Positions 12,150-25,333 of a DNA stretch of 64,000 bases are shown piece by piece. The translations under genes were made by a program, and so were the position numbers. The DNA comes from Felis catus (Eukaryota): NCBI RefSeq assembly GCF_018350175.1, contig NC_058368.1, forward strand, positions 222,024,001-222,088,000, written 5' to 3'. Numbering within the stretch: position 1 is the stretch's first letter; the number at the start of each line of letters is the position of its first letter. The notes under the pieces are model-generated. The model did no database searches and had not been told where the DNA came from. It saw nothing but the letters and a program-made list of their open reading frames with translations.

Positions 12150-13335
12150 GATTTTCATATATCCAGGTGCTTAGTTGTCATCTGGCAATCCATTAAAAAT
12201 CACAAATTTATCAGTTCCAAAGCCATTAGATTCACTCTGCTCCTGAACTCAGTTCCTACACTTGGCCCCCCACCCCCATCTCAGTAAATGGCAGCTACAT
12301 TCTTTCAGTTACTCAACCCAAAAGATCCACCTTTAATTTATTTTCTTTCACTTTATGCCCAATCTCTCAGCAAATCTATTAGCTCTATGTTCAAACTATA
12401 TTCAGGATTCCATTGTATATGTCCATTTTCACCCTCATTCAATCCACTGTTCATTCACTTGACAATATTTACTGAGTGACTAAAACATCTCTAATACAGC
12501 TCTGTTGTGGATTGACAACAGTTGAAAAACAACAACAGAATCCCTGCCCTCCTGGGTCTTACAGTCATGTAATTTTAATCTTATTGAAATAGCCACCACA
12601 TAGATCATATGGGATTCCTTCTTTTATTTGCATACTTTCTATACGTTAGTCTTTAAAAAAACTGGACCAGGCACTTATTAAAAATCCTTAGAGGGGCACC
12701 TAGGTGGCTCAGTCAGTTAAGTGTCCAACTTCGGCTCAGGTCATGATCTCACAGTCTGTGAGTTCGAGCCCCACAACGGGCTCTGTGCTGACAGCTCAGA
12801 TCCTGGAGCCTGCTTCAGACTCTGTCTCCCTCTTTCTCTGCCCTCTTCCACTCATGCTCTCTTTCTCTCAAAAATACACATTAAAAAAATAAAGAAAAAA
12901 TCCTTAGATGGCTTTGCATTTCAGTAAGAATAAATCACAAAATCCCTAAGAAGCCCCATAAAAAAACCAATGACTCCTGACATCCAGCCACATCTCACTT
13001 GGATCCTATCTCCTTGGACTGTTCACTCGCCCTGCTTCTAAATATTGGTTTGTCTGCTGTTCTTGAACATGCCAGGGACATTCCCCAATTCTTGGCCTTA
13101 GCAGATAGTTTTTCCCTGCTTAAGAAGTTGTCTTTCCACATATTTTCACACCCTCTAAACCATAGTCATGCTTCTTATTTCATGGTAATTATGTCACATG
13201 TCTACTTCTTTTCTCTATAGTCTTCCAGTTGGGTTATAACAATCTGAAGGAAAAACTGGTTTCCTGTTTTATACCTGATACACCAAACAGAAGCTGAAAT
13301 GACGTATTGAATATGTATATAAATGGATGAGTGTA
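12150..13335 (+). mobile_element. L2 LINE fragments, interrupted by a SINE and an antisense L2 3' piece at about 12435-12570
   Basis: CCCCATCTCAGTAAATGGCAGCTACATTCTTTCAGTTACTCAA and GCTGTTCTTGAACATGCCAGG are L2-like. Confidence 0.6.
12693..12897 (+). mobile_element. CanSINE
   Basis: TSD AAAAATCCTTAGA. Confidence 0.95.
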
Positions 13336-15415
13336 TGCAATATTAATTTAGCACTCAAATAAAGTATTGAACCAAAAATCTCCTTAGATATTATATGTGT
13401 ATACTTTCTAAAGTATACAATTATAAGCATATGTATATGCCTACTGTATGTTTATGTATCATTTTTCATTTATAATGTAAATGAGTTTCATATTTTCCCC
13501 AAATAACAGCAAGATATTTCTCCATAATGAATTTTACAAATAGACTCAATTAATTACGCAAATTATGTTGAACCATTTACAGGGTTTGCATCAATTAGAT
13601 GAAGAATGTTAGAAATTGCAACTTGGGCAAATAAAACATTTCCTAGAATTTTTACTTCCTGGTGTTTGAGATCTGGATATAGATTCCTTCTGAATTGCTA
13701 CCACCAAGATACGAATTAAATTTTGTTTGGCCTCGTAGAGTACTCCAGAATAAGTGCTTATCAACTTTTGTGTCAATCAAATACAAATTTCAATAGAAAA
13801 AAATAACTGATGGATGAACTCCATCAGGCCACTAGGTTGACAATAAGGCCAAGAAATTAGGGTTACATAGTTGCGAATTTTGACATCCTTTGCCATACAC
13901 AAAAGTGAAAGGAGATATAGATAACATCTGCTTTCTTGTATGGGGACAACCCAACCAAATGCAGACAGAAGTCAAAAACAGGAAAGTTGCATAGAATGAT
14001 GCTGCTGCAGTGAAAGGCAGCCGTAAACCAGTCAGCTGAGTTTAGATTTCAAGGTGCTTTTTCTGGCCACAAATGATTCCTGTACAATGTCTGTTGTTTG
14101 TCATCACCTCCAAAATGGCACTGAGGGCATCCGATAAAGCACAGGAGACAAAGGGGCATTCGGAAAAATATGAGTGAATGGATTTAGAACTCAAAGCACA
14201 AGGATATATGTGACACCATCTGAGAGGGGTTCAGGAGTCCACCAAGGAAGAAAGCTCTCCAAGATGGAGATGGGGTTCATTAGGAATATAAACTCTGCCA
14301 CGACTAGCTCTATGTCAAATTGCATTAAAGACTCCTTGCAATCTAGAGTATTTATCCAACTAGGAGTATAACATTTGCTTAGATTTTAAACCTTATGTTT
14401 AATACATGATAATCATGGGTAATAAATTTTTCACAAATTATATTTCATTTGACAGCCAGGATGATTTATTAGGTTTGTGAATTCATTTAAAATTCAATAC
14501 CTTTGGGTGCTGCATCACTGAACTTAATGAGCCAGATTCTCCCACTGAGTAAGTTGCTTTCAGGCTTCTGGGGTCCTATTAAATTAAGTTCTTCAGTACA
14601 TTAAATACTTCCCTAGTGTTTTAAAGAGTTAATATATCCTACAATAGGGAAGTTACCAAATGAATTAAACACAAAATAACAATGTGTCATTTTACCATTG
14701 AAAGAGTAGTCTCTTTACTTGTGTATAGTCTTGTTTCTTTAGATATAGAAGGTTATTTAATAAATAGAGGTTATTTCCAGGCACGTGAAATAGGTGACTT
14801 ATTTTGGTTCTATCATTCATAGAGAAATTGTTTTACAAACGCCCTTCCCCTTGTCTATTTCCATCTTTCCTATCTTTGGGATAACTTTGCCTCCCCCAAT
14901 TGTAGAATCAAGTGAACACAAAACAAAGACTAAGTTTCATTTGTTTCCAAGGAACACGGAGCCTCTAGTGAGCAGTTAGTCTCCCGCAAATGCGCTCCCA
15001 CTCTGATTCTAGTTGTAAACATTGGGTCCGTTAGCAGAAACAGATGGGTAGTAGTCAATAATCTTTTTTTATGCTTATATTCATATAATTTTGCTTTTCT
15101 AGAAAAACAGAAATAATGGAAATTGGTTTCAATTTGTCTTAAGTATTACACTATTTGACGTTGTTACACACATGAAGAAATACATGACACATCAGTTATT
15201 AGTTTTCTGGTAAGAAATATTTATTCACACAATAAAGGACCTTAAGAAATAATGAGTGAAGAAATAAGCAAGAGACCTCCTAATTACAACATAGTCATAC
15301 AAAGACAAGCACACACCTCTTTTAATAGAGTTAAAATCATATAGTACAGATTTTATGGCAATTATGGAAGAAGCACAAATATAATATGAAATAATTTACT
15401 ATAAGTAACAGGATA

Positions 15416-15536
15416 GGCATGCCTGTGTGGCTCAATTGGTTAAGCATCAGCTCTTGGTTTTGGCTCAGGTCATGATCTCATGGTTGGTGAGTTCAAGTCC
15501 TGGGCTCCATGCTGGCAGTGTGGAGCATGCTCAGGA

Positions 15537-15590
<54 letters not shown>

Positions 15591-15644
15591 CTCTTTCTCT
15601 CTAACCCCTCCCCCACTCAAAATAAATAAATAAACTTAAAAAAA
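15416..15644 (+). mobile_element. CanSINE with expanded (CT)n
   Basis: Head, (CT)n at 15541-15585, AATAAA tail. Confidence 0.92.
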
Positions 15645-15678
15645 TAGTAGGGCTATCATACTATCCTGCAAGGCATAC

Positions 15679-15704
15679 TATATATATATATATATATATA
15701 TATA
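15679..15704. repeat. (TA)n microsatellite
   Basis: Directly visible. Confidence 0.95.
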
Positions 15705-15773
15705 CATTCTTGAATATTAGTTGAATAAAATTAGTGAGATATCCTGAATTCTTTTTTAAGAGGGTTTTTAAAA

Positions 15774-15790
15774 TTTTGTTAAGTTTATTT

Positions 15791-15822
<32 letters not shown>

Positions 15823-15949
15823 TCCCAAGCAGGCTCAGTGCTGTCAGTGCAGAGCCTGATGCAGGATTCGATCTTATGAACGATGAGATCATGACTTGAG
15901 CTGAAATCAAGAGTCAGACACTTAACCAACTGAACCATTCTGGGGCCCC
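15774..15949 (-). mobile_element. CanSINE
   Basis: TSD AGAT(A/G)TCCTGA. Confidence 0.92.
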
Positions 15950-16633
15950 AAGATGTCCTGAGTTATGAGTAATATATTCTTTGAAGGAAATTCTTCTAAC
16001 CTTATTTCGGCTGCATGTGTGTCTTCTATTCTTTTATTGATGAAAAGCATATTCACCACTTCTAGTATTTTTTCCTTGAAGGCTTGTGTAATTGTATGAT
16101 TCTCCTTTCTAATTTCTCCCTTTCTCTTTAACCCACATTAACTACTTCCACGTTTTATATCCTACTTTAAAATTTATTTACTTAGAGGCCTTTCTGGTCT
16201 CATAGACCCTGCTTCTATGTTCTCCTAATGTCAGTAGATCAGAATATTCATCACACTTAAAGATAGTTATATGTTTAGAAATATGTTTCCACCCTTTGAT
16301 GTAAATGAAAGCATGATTATTAACAAAAAATTACTTTTGTATTAATACCATAGAGCTGAATAATTAAAATTTGCATAACAAACCATGCTTTAGAATAGTA
16401 GGCTTCTATAATGTCAAACCGCAGAATTAGCAAATTATCCAATATATAAGTTTAACTTAAAAAATAACAGATTGCTTTTACTTACATTCCTTTTTACTCT
16501 CAATCAGTATTAGAATTTGAGCAAGTGTAGTAGGTATTAGGCTAATATTCAGTAAACCAAAAATAATATTTTACTAATAGGCATTGCTGATTTTTATGAA
16601 TGTTAAATTCTTAAATTGACTTCATTGTTAGGC

Positions 16634-16662
16634 TTTTATTTTTTTAATGTTTATTTATTTTT

Positions 16663-16702
<40 letters not shown>

Positions 16703-16872
16703 CAGATAGTAAGTGGGGGAGGAGCAGAAAGAGAGGAAGACACAGAATCCAAAACAGGCTCCAGGCTCTGAGCTGTCAGCACAGAGCCTGATGTGGGACT
16801 CGAATTCATGACCATGAGATCATGCCCTGAGACAAAGTCAGATGCTTAACTGAGTGAGCCACCCAGGTGCCC
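16634..16872 (-). mobile_element. CanSINE
   Basis: TSD TGTTA(G/T)GCTTTT. Confidence 0.95.
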
Positions 16873-16935
16873 TGTTATGCTTTTCTTTAAAAACCAGTGT
16901 ATGTTCACAGTAGGAAACTTAGAAAAACAAATAAA

Positions 16936-17210
16936 CCCGTGGTCAAGGCTTTCCAGCAGTGCTGTCCCCTTGGCTGCCTCGGGAGCACACGGAGGCAGGC
17001 CTTGGTCAATCCAGAAGTCCAGGAGGTAGAACCAGTGGCAGGGGCAATGGAGAGACCTTCTTCTTCTGAGGAGATGGGTATGGTGTCCCAGTTCACTGTC
17101 GAGGAAAGCTGGGAAGCAGCGGACCTTTGGGAAGACAACTACACTACTCTTTTATTTACACACAATAAAGTTTTCTATTTCTCTAAAAGAGAAAAAGAAA
17201 AAAAAGAAAA
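16936..17210 (+). pseudogene. 5'-truncated processed retrocopy of an unidentified transcript 3' end
   Basis: GC-rich insert; AATAAA at 17164-17169; A-rich tail starts 15 nt later; flanks AGAAAAACAAATAAA / AGAATAACAAAATAAA. Confidence 0.75.
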
Positions 17211-17304
17211 AGAATAACAAAATAAAAAGCAATACACTATAGTATGAGTACTCAGAAATAATTGCTGTTCATATCCTGCTGTATGTTCCTTCAAATGTTT
17301 TCCT

Positions 17305-17517
17305 TATTTTATTTTTTTAATGTTTATTTATTTTTGAGAGAGAGAGTCAGAGAGAGTGGGGGAGGGGTAGAGAGAGACGGAGACACAGAATCTGAAGCAG
17401 GCTACAGGCTCTGAGCTGTCAGCACAGAGCCGGATGCAGGGCTTGAACTTACGAGCAATGAGATCATGACTGGAGCCGAAGTCAGATGCTTAACCAACTG
17501 AGCCACATAGGTGCTCC
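17305..17517 (-). mobile_element. CanSINE
   Basis: TSD ATGTTTTCCT. Confidence 0.95.
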
Positions 17518-20500
17518 ATATGTTTTCCTAATCATAAAATTACATGGAAATAACAAAGTTCTTTTGGGCTTAAAATTTTAAACATTTATTAGCATGGAAG
17601 ATGAATTGGTATGTCAGGAATATAAATATTTATTTCCCTGAGATGCTTTATAACAAGATGAGAGAGAGAGAGAGAGACAGAGAGAGAGCTGAGAACAGTA
17701 TAATACAGGTTATATATTGTCTTTTTTCTACTTGGACTAATGAACTTGACTGTAAAGTTTATATGGACAATGGCAGCAAGAAGCAGGCATCAACATGGAT
17801 TCCAATAATAGAAGACACTAGAAAACCTTCTCATGAGACACTTTAAAAGAGGTGAAGGATGAGTATTACACATTATTTATGCAAGTGGCAGAACAAGGCA
17901 ATGACATTTAAATATTTTTATGTAATTTTATTTTTATTTGCACACCGTGGAGTACGCATTCACATATTACCATCTGCATAGATGCTTCACACTAAAGTTA
18001 ATATTTTAAAACACATGTTTTTTTTATTTATGACTTTCCATGCCAATATATTCTATCACATTGTTTCATATTTAATGGCTGCATAGAATTTCATTATCAT
18101 ATGCCTCTTTAAAAACACATTTTTATGAAACAATTTTGTACAAAATCACAAATTGCAATGGTATAGCAATTTAGAAACTTAAAGTGACTGAAAATGTGTC
18201 CAATTTCTCTTTGAGTACAATTCAACAGGACCAGAGATTGGTCTTCTATTGAACATATTCAGCATTCTAAATTTAACCCTCTGGAATTCTATTTAAATAT
18301 CATCCTATTTAACCTTTTGATATACAAGATTTGCCTTTCAATGGGAAGTTGGCATCCCGTCATAAAATGAAACCAAATGTACTTTGAAATAATTATTGCC
18401 TACAGCAGCAAGCTTTTATTTGTGCCTTATGGGTTCTGTATAATAAAGATATAGATTCAGCCTAATTTATTTTGCCAATGAAAGATGGAAAAAAATCAAG
18501 TAAGAAAAAAAACCCAAAAAACAGACTTTACTTGAGTTTAGTAATGAACCAACATACATATGTTATGACAAATGTTTCATTCTTTTCTATGAATAAATGC
18601 TTTCATAACATTAAACTTTACAAAGATGACATCACAAGCCTTTCTAGACAAAACAGCTAATGGATGAAAAAGTAAAGTATGCAAAAGTAAATAGAAAGAT
18701 ATTCATATTATTCTGCAAGTGGTTATTTGAAGGTCAGTGTCCTGATAGACTGAAGGCAGGTGCCTGCGGTTTTATTTTTGTATATGATGAGTGGGAACAA
18801 TTCCTGAGAGTCAAGGGTGTTCAATACACATATGTGGAATGAAGTAGAGAAGGAAAGAAGAGGAGAAAGAGAATGGGAGGGAGGGAGGAAGGCAAAGGCA
18901 AATCTGGGAGAAGTAACTGAAGAACAAAGAAGAAAACCTCTCTTAGTGCTGTGCTTTGGGTGTGATTTCTATTTAAAACAACGACAACAAAAAAAAAACC
19001 CACAAAAACAAACAACTCTGATTCAAATACAATGTTTTCCAGATGACTGTCTGGAGCAGTTTATAGTTCACACTTTTGAGTTGAAAGACTAAAGTTAATT
19101 GCTTTCTTACTTATGTAATGATAAAGTTGAGGAAAGGCCTTTTTTAAAAAATTTATCTGATCGCAGAAGACTGCTAAAATTTTATGGTTTATCAACCATT
19201 GACAGGTTAGCAATATAGTTATTCTTTTACGTTGGTTTTTATGACATTGGTATAAAAAAGATTGTTTGCCAACTTGGGTTTACTTTAGGTTATTTAATTT
19301 GTTAAGTGACATCATGGAAAAGAAAAGAAAGTAGCTCTTAATGTATGACTCACACTATTGTATAACAACAACAACTTTTCAAGGATTTCTTTTCTGTTTG
19401 AAGCTTATTCTGTGACTCCTTAGAACTGGTAATATTTTCATGTTGTTGAATGTACCATTTAGTAATTAGTAAAAGCAAGTGAACTGGACACTTTTTACCC
19501 CATGTTTTTCCTTTTTCCAACTTTGAGATAGGAATATTAAATTATTATAAATTATTCTGAAAATATTAAATAATTTTGATGCCACAACAATTTTTAGAAA
19601 AGGACATAGCTTGTGTTTGAATGTCTTCTATAACCAATCAGTTTCCCTTCTTTTCTACACCATGGCTGACTTCCTTAGCAACAGGAAACTCACTATGTCT
19701 AAAATTAGCCATTGTAATCTTTAGATATATGTCATGGTTTTAGTTGCTTCTTCTTCAATGTAACCCAAATGTTTCCTTCTATCTTCCATAACATGAAACT
19801 TGTTCTTTCTGATCACCAAGTCTCCTCCTGAAATACGGGAGAAGGTCAAGAACACAACAAGGGAGTTTGTTGCAAAATTGTCCATCTAAGGAGGAAAATG
19901 GTTGGTTCGAGTCCCAAAGTACAGACACTATACAGTGTATAATACAGACACCTTGCAGACAACATACTGTTGCCCTGTTATTTGGTTTTAAGCTATCATG
20001 GCTGATTTGAAGAAAGGCCAGACTCAGAATCTTGAAAGAAATCGTAGAAGATAAAGAGTGCAGAGCAGTTAGGGCAAAAACATAATTGTCTTACGGGGTC
20101 CACTACCCATGTAATTTATATTAAAATATCATACTTTTTCATGCTTTTCTATGCCTAGGATGTTTTGTTGAATAGCCAAAACTCTATTGGCACGCTTTTT
20201 ACACTTATGAGCAATCTCAGCATTTTACAAACAGTGTTTTGTATATTTTGGACTTCGGCTGTCATGAACTATTATTCATTATATGCTTTTTCTTTGAAGA
20301 GTATTGTTTTTTAAGGAAAAGTTAGCATTTTTGACAATTACGTTTGCAAATCAGCCGTGTAGTGTAAGAAATTCCCTTTGCTTAAAAGTCTGTGTTATCT
20401 GAGAAATTCCTTACCTTTTCTTTATTGTTGAAGGAGGGACTTGGCTCCACTAAAATGGAAAGGAACTTGAGTATCACTGTGCACAATTGTTCAGGACATC

Positions 20501-20876
20501 AAAAATCCTGCCTCTGGCAATGCTTGGCAGTACTGGGAAAGTGTCTTGCTTTCCCTTGGCACTGAAATTAATAAGAAATCATAAATTAATGAGGAATTAA
20601 CAGAAAACCTACAATGGGTCTCTGTCATTTAGTCTTCTATTTTTGTTCAATTATGATTAAATAATTGATGTTTGGTCTAGCCCTGACATATGAAACAGCC
20701 TGAAGTTTGGCTCACCTTTAATAAATAGAAATGAATCATATTTTTCTATTAAGATGTTGGAATATAATCAGATTTCACATGTAACTTCCACTCTAAATTC
20801 ATGGCAATTTTAGAAAAATGTAAAAATAAAAAAATCACAATCATATAGGGAAAAAATAAAAAACATTTTTGATGCC

Positions 20877-20892
20877 CATGCATGCACGTGCG

Positions 20893-20932
<40 letters not shown>
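20877..20932. repeat. Alternating purine-pyrimidine tract ending in (CA)n
   Basis: CATGCATGCACGTGCGTGCGCGCACACA... Confidence 0.95.
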
Positions 20933-20936
<4 letters not shown>

Positions 20937-21699
20937 TATGCATATATGTAAGCTATGGAATCCCAAGAACATCAATGATAATAAGTAGGTTGCCTTCTAC
21001 AATATAACAAGAACTAAAATGTTTCCACATCAGTCATATCTTGAAACCAGGGTCATTATTGAAGCTAGAGTCTAGTGTTGAGTTTCCCTGGATTCAAATG
21101 TGTGTAAGGGGGAAGAAGAGCCATTGAGGATCCAAAACTTGGTTTAAGATCTGAGCCATACCATCTAGGACTCATTGAATATATCTCTAACCACTCCATT
21201 ATGTGTAGGGAAAGGAACTTTGAAGTATATTATCAAACTGTGTGTTCTACTAAGTTTGAGTGTTATTTATCTGAGCAACCCTGAAACAATTTGATAAGCA
21301 GGGATGACCACAGAGTGAGAAAGGAAATTAAAATACTAAAAACATACAAAAAATATACTGCTATTCAAAATAAGTCTGCACATATAAATTCTTCCTGTGA
21401 AAATATACAATTAAAATGATAACCATCAAAATTCACAAGAGGACTGTGAATTACACTGGTTGAAATTATCTTTATAAAATTATATGAATGATTTAAAAAT
21501 TAGCATATTTTTAATATTCAAGGAAAAATACATTAATTAAAATTATAAACAAAAGAGAAAAACTAGGAAATACATACCAATATGAAATAAGAAAAAGTAT
21601 AAAAATTAACTAAATTGTTACATTGAAATTTAATATATTTAATTTTAAAATTATTCAAAAAGTCAGACATATTTTTAATTTTCAATTATCCAAAATTGT

Positions 21700-23290
21700 T
21701 ATGAAGCCACAAAAACTCTAAACAGACAAACTAATCATGAGAAAGAAGAACAAACCTGATTTCCTGATTTCAAGCTACACTACAAAGCTATAGTAAACCA
21801 AACAGTATGACACTGGCATTAAAATAGACACACAGACCAATAGAGCACAACAGAGAGCACAGAATTAAACCCCTACACACATGGTCAACTAATATGAGAC
21901 AAGGAGCCAAGAGCACCCAGTGGGGAAAGAAAAGTGTCTTCAAAAAATGGTGCTGGGAAAACGGGATAAACACCTGCAGAAAAAAATGAAATTCAACCCC
22001 TATCTTATAGTGCTCACAGAAATTAACTCAAATGGATCAAAGACTTAAAAATAATATCTGATATTGTAGAACTCTTAGAAGAAAACAGGGAAAAAGTTCC
22101 TTGACATTGATCTTGGCAATATTTATTTGTATATGACACCAAAAACATAAGCAAAAAAAAAAAAAAAGCAAAAATCGATAAGTGGGACTACATCAAACTT
22201 AAATGTTCTGCACAGCAAATGAAACAGTCAACAAAATGCAACAGGAAACTACACAATGGGAGAAAATATTTGCAAACCATATATCAGATAAGGAATTAAC
22301 GTCCAAAATGTACAAAGAACTCATAAAACTCAATAGCAAATAATCCCCCCAAAATCCAATTAAAAATGGGCAAAGGAACTAAGTACACATTTTCCTGAAG
22401 AAATTATATAAATGGCCAACAGAAACATAAAAGATGCTCAACATTGCTAATCATCAACAACGTTTTGTGAATCAAAACGATATTGAAGGAATCACATCAC
22501 GCCTGTTGGAATGCCTATCATCAGGAAGACAAGACTTAACGAGGAACCTGGGTGGCTCAGTTGGTTAAATGTGTGACCCCCGCTCCTGATCATGGTCTCT
22601 CTCTTTCAAAATAAATAAATAAACCTAAAAAAAAAGAGAGAGAGAGAGAGATGACAAGACTTACATTTTGGCAAGGAAGTGGAGAAAAAAGAACCCTTGT
22701 ACATTGCTGGTGGGAAACAAATTAGTTCAGCCACTATGGAATATAATATGAGATTTCTCAAAAAAATACGATTGTTTTCTTAATTATATAGTTGCAATGG
22801 AATATTATTCAGCCATGAGAAAGTAGGAAATCCTGCCGTTTATAAAATGGATCAACCTTGAAGACATTATGTTGAGTGAGGTAAGTCAAACAGTGATATA
22901 CAAACACTGCATGATACCATTTCCATGAGGAATCTGCAAAAAGCTGAAGTCTTAAAAATAAAGTAAAATTGCAGTTATAAGAGGCTGGGGGTAGGAGGAT
23001 AGGAGAGATGAGGTTCAAGGGTGCAAAGGTGCAACTAGTAGAAAACTCCTGGAAATAATGCACAGTGTAGTGACTATACACATTATTGTATTATAAATAT
23101 CAAATTGGCTAACAGACAAGATCTTAGTTATTCTCACCACACAAAAATGATAGTAATTGTGTGACATAAGGGAGAAGGGAGTTATCGCTACAGTTGCAAC
23201 TGTAGGAAAATATATAAATGTATCAAATCAATATGTTGTACATCTTAAACTTACACAGTGTTGTATGTAAAATGTATTTCAATAAAAAGA
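21700..23290 (+). mobile_element. L1 (L1MA/L1_Carn-like) ORF2 3' part and 3' UTR
   Basis: CCTGATTTCAAGCTACACTACAAAGCTATAGTA (PDFKLHYKAIV); AAATGGTGCTGGGAAAAC (KWCWEN); 3' end TGTACATCTTAAACTTACACAGTG...TTTCAATAAAAA; multiple frameshifts. Confidence 0.92.
22542..22650 (+). mobile_element. Internally deleted CanSINE inside L1
   Basis: Head joined directly to tail; TSD GACAAGACTTA. Confidence 0.85.
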
Positions 23291-23394
23291 TTACATAAAT
23301 GAATAAAATAGTTCTAATTTTAGTGATTTTATGATTGGTAAAAAAATAATTCCAGGTATGTTAAATGTGTAGATATGAAAGGTCAAATTTTATA

Positions 23395-23571
23395 ATTTTT
23401 TTTATTTTTAGAGAGAGAAAAAGAGAGAGTGGAGGAGGGGCAGAGAGAGAGAGAGAGAGAGAGGGAATCCAAAGCAGGAGCCTGATGTGGGGCTGGATCC
23501 CATAACCCTGGGATCATGACCTGAGCTGAAATCAAGAGTCAGAGGCTGAACCAACTGAGCCACCCAGGCGC
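23395..23571 (-). mobile_element. CanSINE
   Basis: T tail, (GA)n, head. Confidence 0.92.
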
Positions 23572-23654
23572 GACTGAACATTTTAGATATATAATAGAAT
23601 GCTTCTGTGAACACAGGGTAGAAAATATTTATTAAAAAAAACAAACACTCAAGA

Positions 23655-23813
23655 GGGGTACCTGGTGGCTCAGTTGGTTAAGCCTCTGACTCTTGATTTC
23701 AGCTCAAGTCATGATCTCATGGTTCCCGGGATCGAGCCTGGTTGGGATTCTCTTCTCACTCTCTTTGTCCCTCCCTCCTCTCTCAAAATAAATATAAATA
23801 TGGGGAAAAAAAA
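23655..23813 (+). mobile_element. CanSINE with internal deletion
   Basis: TSD AAACACT(C/T)AAGA. Confidence 0.92.
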
Positions 23814-23944
23814 CACTTAAGAAAGAACAAACAAGAAAAGTGTAATAAATTTGACAAATTTATCTTTGAAATCTTTGGGTCAGAAATCACCTCACCAACA
23901 AAGTGATAAAAGTGACAGGGAGAAAATATTTGCCAAGTAACTAG

Positions 23945-24335
23945 GATTCCATTTCTACTGGTCTCTTTCGCAATCATTCTATTTCTCCTGCCATACATTC
24001 AAGAGAAATGTCTTTCCGAGTCTACTGCCTACTAAAAGCTTGTGTGGCCACTGCTTTGATCAATGAAGTCTGAATCGAAGTGTCATTTCTGGGTCAGAGC
24101 TTTAAAAGCCAATCTTCTACTTGCTTCCTTTCTCTTCTCTTTACCTCTGATGTAGGACCAGAAGTATCCTACATCAGAGAGATGTTGTTCAGCAATGGAT
24201 CCCAGAGTAAGGATGGTGAAAAACAAAGGCCCAGCTGACTCACGGTGAATTTGTATAGTTAATGAAATATAAACCTGCTTGTCCATTACGTGTTTTATTT
24301 TTTCATCATAATGTAATTTAACAAATGCTAAACAA
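23945..24335 (+). mobile_element. MaLR LTR (MLT1J-like)
   Basis: TGTGTGGCCACTGCTTTGATCAATGAAGT...GAAGTGTCATTTCTGGGTCAGAGCTTTAAAAGCCA and CCTGGATCCCAGAGT-like motifs. Confidence 0.65.
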
Positions 24336-24494
24336 TCATTGACATAATTTAATTAATAGTAATTAGAATCCAAACCATATAAATAACACACACAATTTTT
24401 TTAAACCCAGAAAATTAAAACACAAATGGAAACCAATATGAACAAGATATTGACAGAAGAGAAATCTCAAATGGTCTATAACTATGTGAAGCCA

Positions 24495-24658
24495 CAAGCA
24501 AACTCTAATGCTTTCCTAGTAGACATCACTTGGTTTTAATTCCCAATGTTCTAGTCACTTGGAATTAACTTCCAAAGGTCCCATCTACAAGAGCCATCAC
24601 ATTGTGGGTTGAAGCTTCCACATATGAGTTTTAGGGGGACATAGTTCAGTCCACAGCA
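24495..24658 (-). mobile_element. MaLR LTR fragment (MLT1A/MST-like)
   Basis: CCATCACATTGTGGGTTGAAGCTTCCACATATGAGTTTTAGGGGGACATAGTTCAGTCCACAGCA. Confidence 0.8.
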
Positions 24659-24746
24659 GTCAGCAAGCCTCATCCATGCTGGGGCGCTCACCCATCAGGT
24701 TAGGACACTGATGCTTAGTCAGGGTGGTCTGCTCAGTTTTGCCAGG

Positions 24747-24966
24747 TTTTTTTTTTTCTTTTTCTTTTTTAATGTTTATTTATTTTTGAGAGAAAGAGCA
24801 TGAGAGGGGGATGGTCAGAAAGAGAGGGAGACACACAGTCCCAAGCAGGCTTCAGGCTCTGAGCTGTCAGCACAGAGCCCAATGCTGGGCTCGAACTCAC
24901 AAACCTTGGTATCATGACCAGTGCCAAAGTCAGACACTAAACAGACTGAGTCATCCAGGTGACCCC
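24747..24966 (-). mobile_element. CanSINE
   Basis: Full-length pattern. Confidence 0.93.
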
Positions 24967-25333
24967 CCCCCCCAGCTTTGCAAAGTTTTCAACCAACAGG
25001 TTCTGATCCTTGCCTTCACTTGCTCCCACGGGGCCCTTGGAAGTCAACTCTGGGGGACTGCAGCCACAGATCCAAGACGATAATGTAGGTCAATTCCTAT
25101 CGTAGTGGAAGACACATAACTGTGCTTTAAGGTAATCAGCAGACCTCACTCTTCTGGTCCATACTCAGAAGTCAGTGTTCCTTTTGGTGATTTGCTAAGA
25201 ACTCAGGTATCTGCTCCAACTTTGATTCCTTTGAGCTAACATGTATAACATCATGGGCTAAATTCTTCTCTCAAGTGTATCAAATAATCTGGTCTCTAAT
25301 GCATTGAACTCTTGATTTAAACACACCTTAATA

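Larger units (their letters stand above)
23350..24492 (+). mobile_element. Ancient L1 (L1ME-like) ORF2 remnant, split by two SINEs and an MLT1
   Basis: Colinear decayed motifs GATATGAAAGGTCAAATTTTATA, ATAAATTTGAC, GGGAGAAAATATTTGCCAA, ATGAACAAGATATTGACAGAAGAGAAATCTCAAATGG. Confidence 0.6.

Noticed and set aside
16897..17217. 106-aa ORF as a gene
   Set aside because: Non-ATG start in flanking decayed repeat and runs through the poly(A) tail; kept only as part of the retrocopy finding
19821..19889. Possible terminal exon after a pyrimidine-rich AG (SPPEIREKVKNTTREFVAKLSI*)
   Set aside because: 22 codons, no recognisable homology, no partner exons
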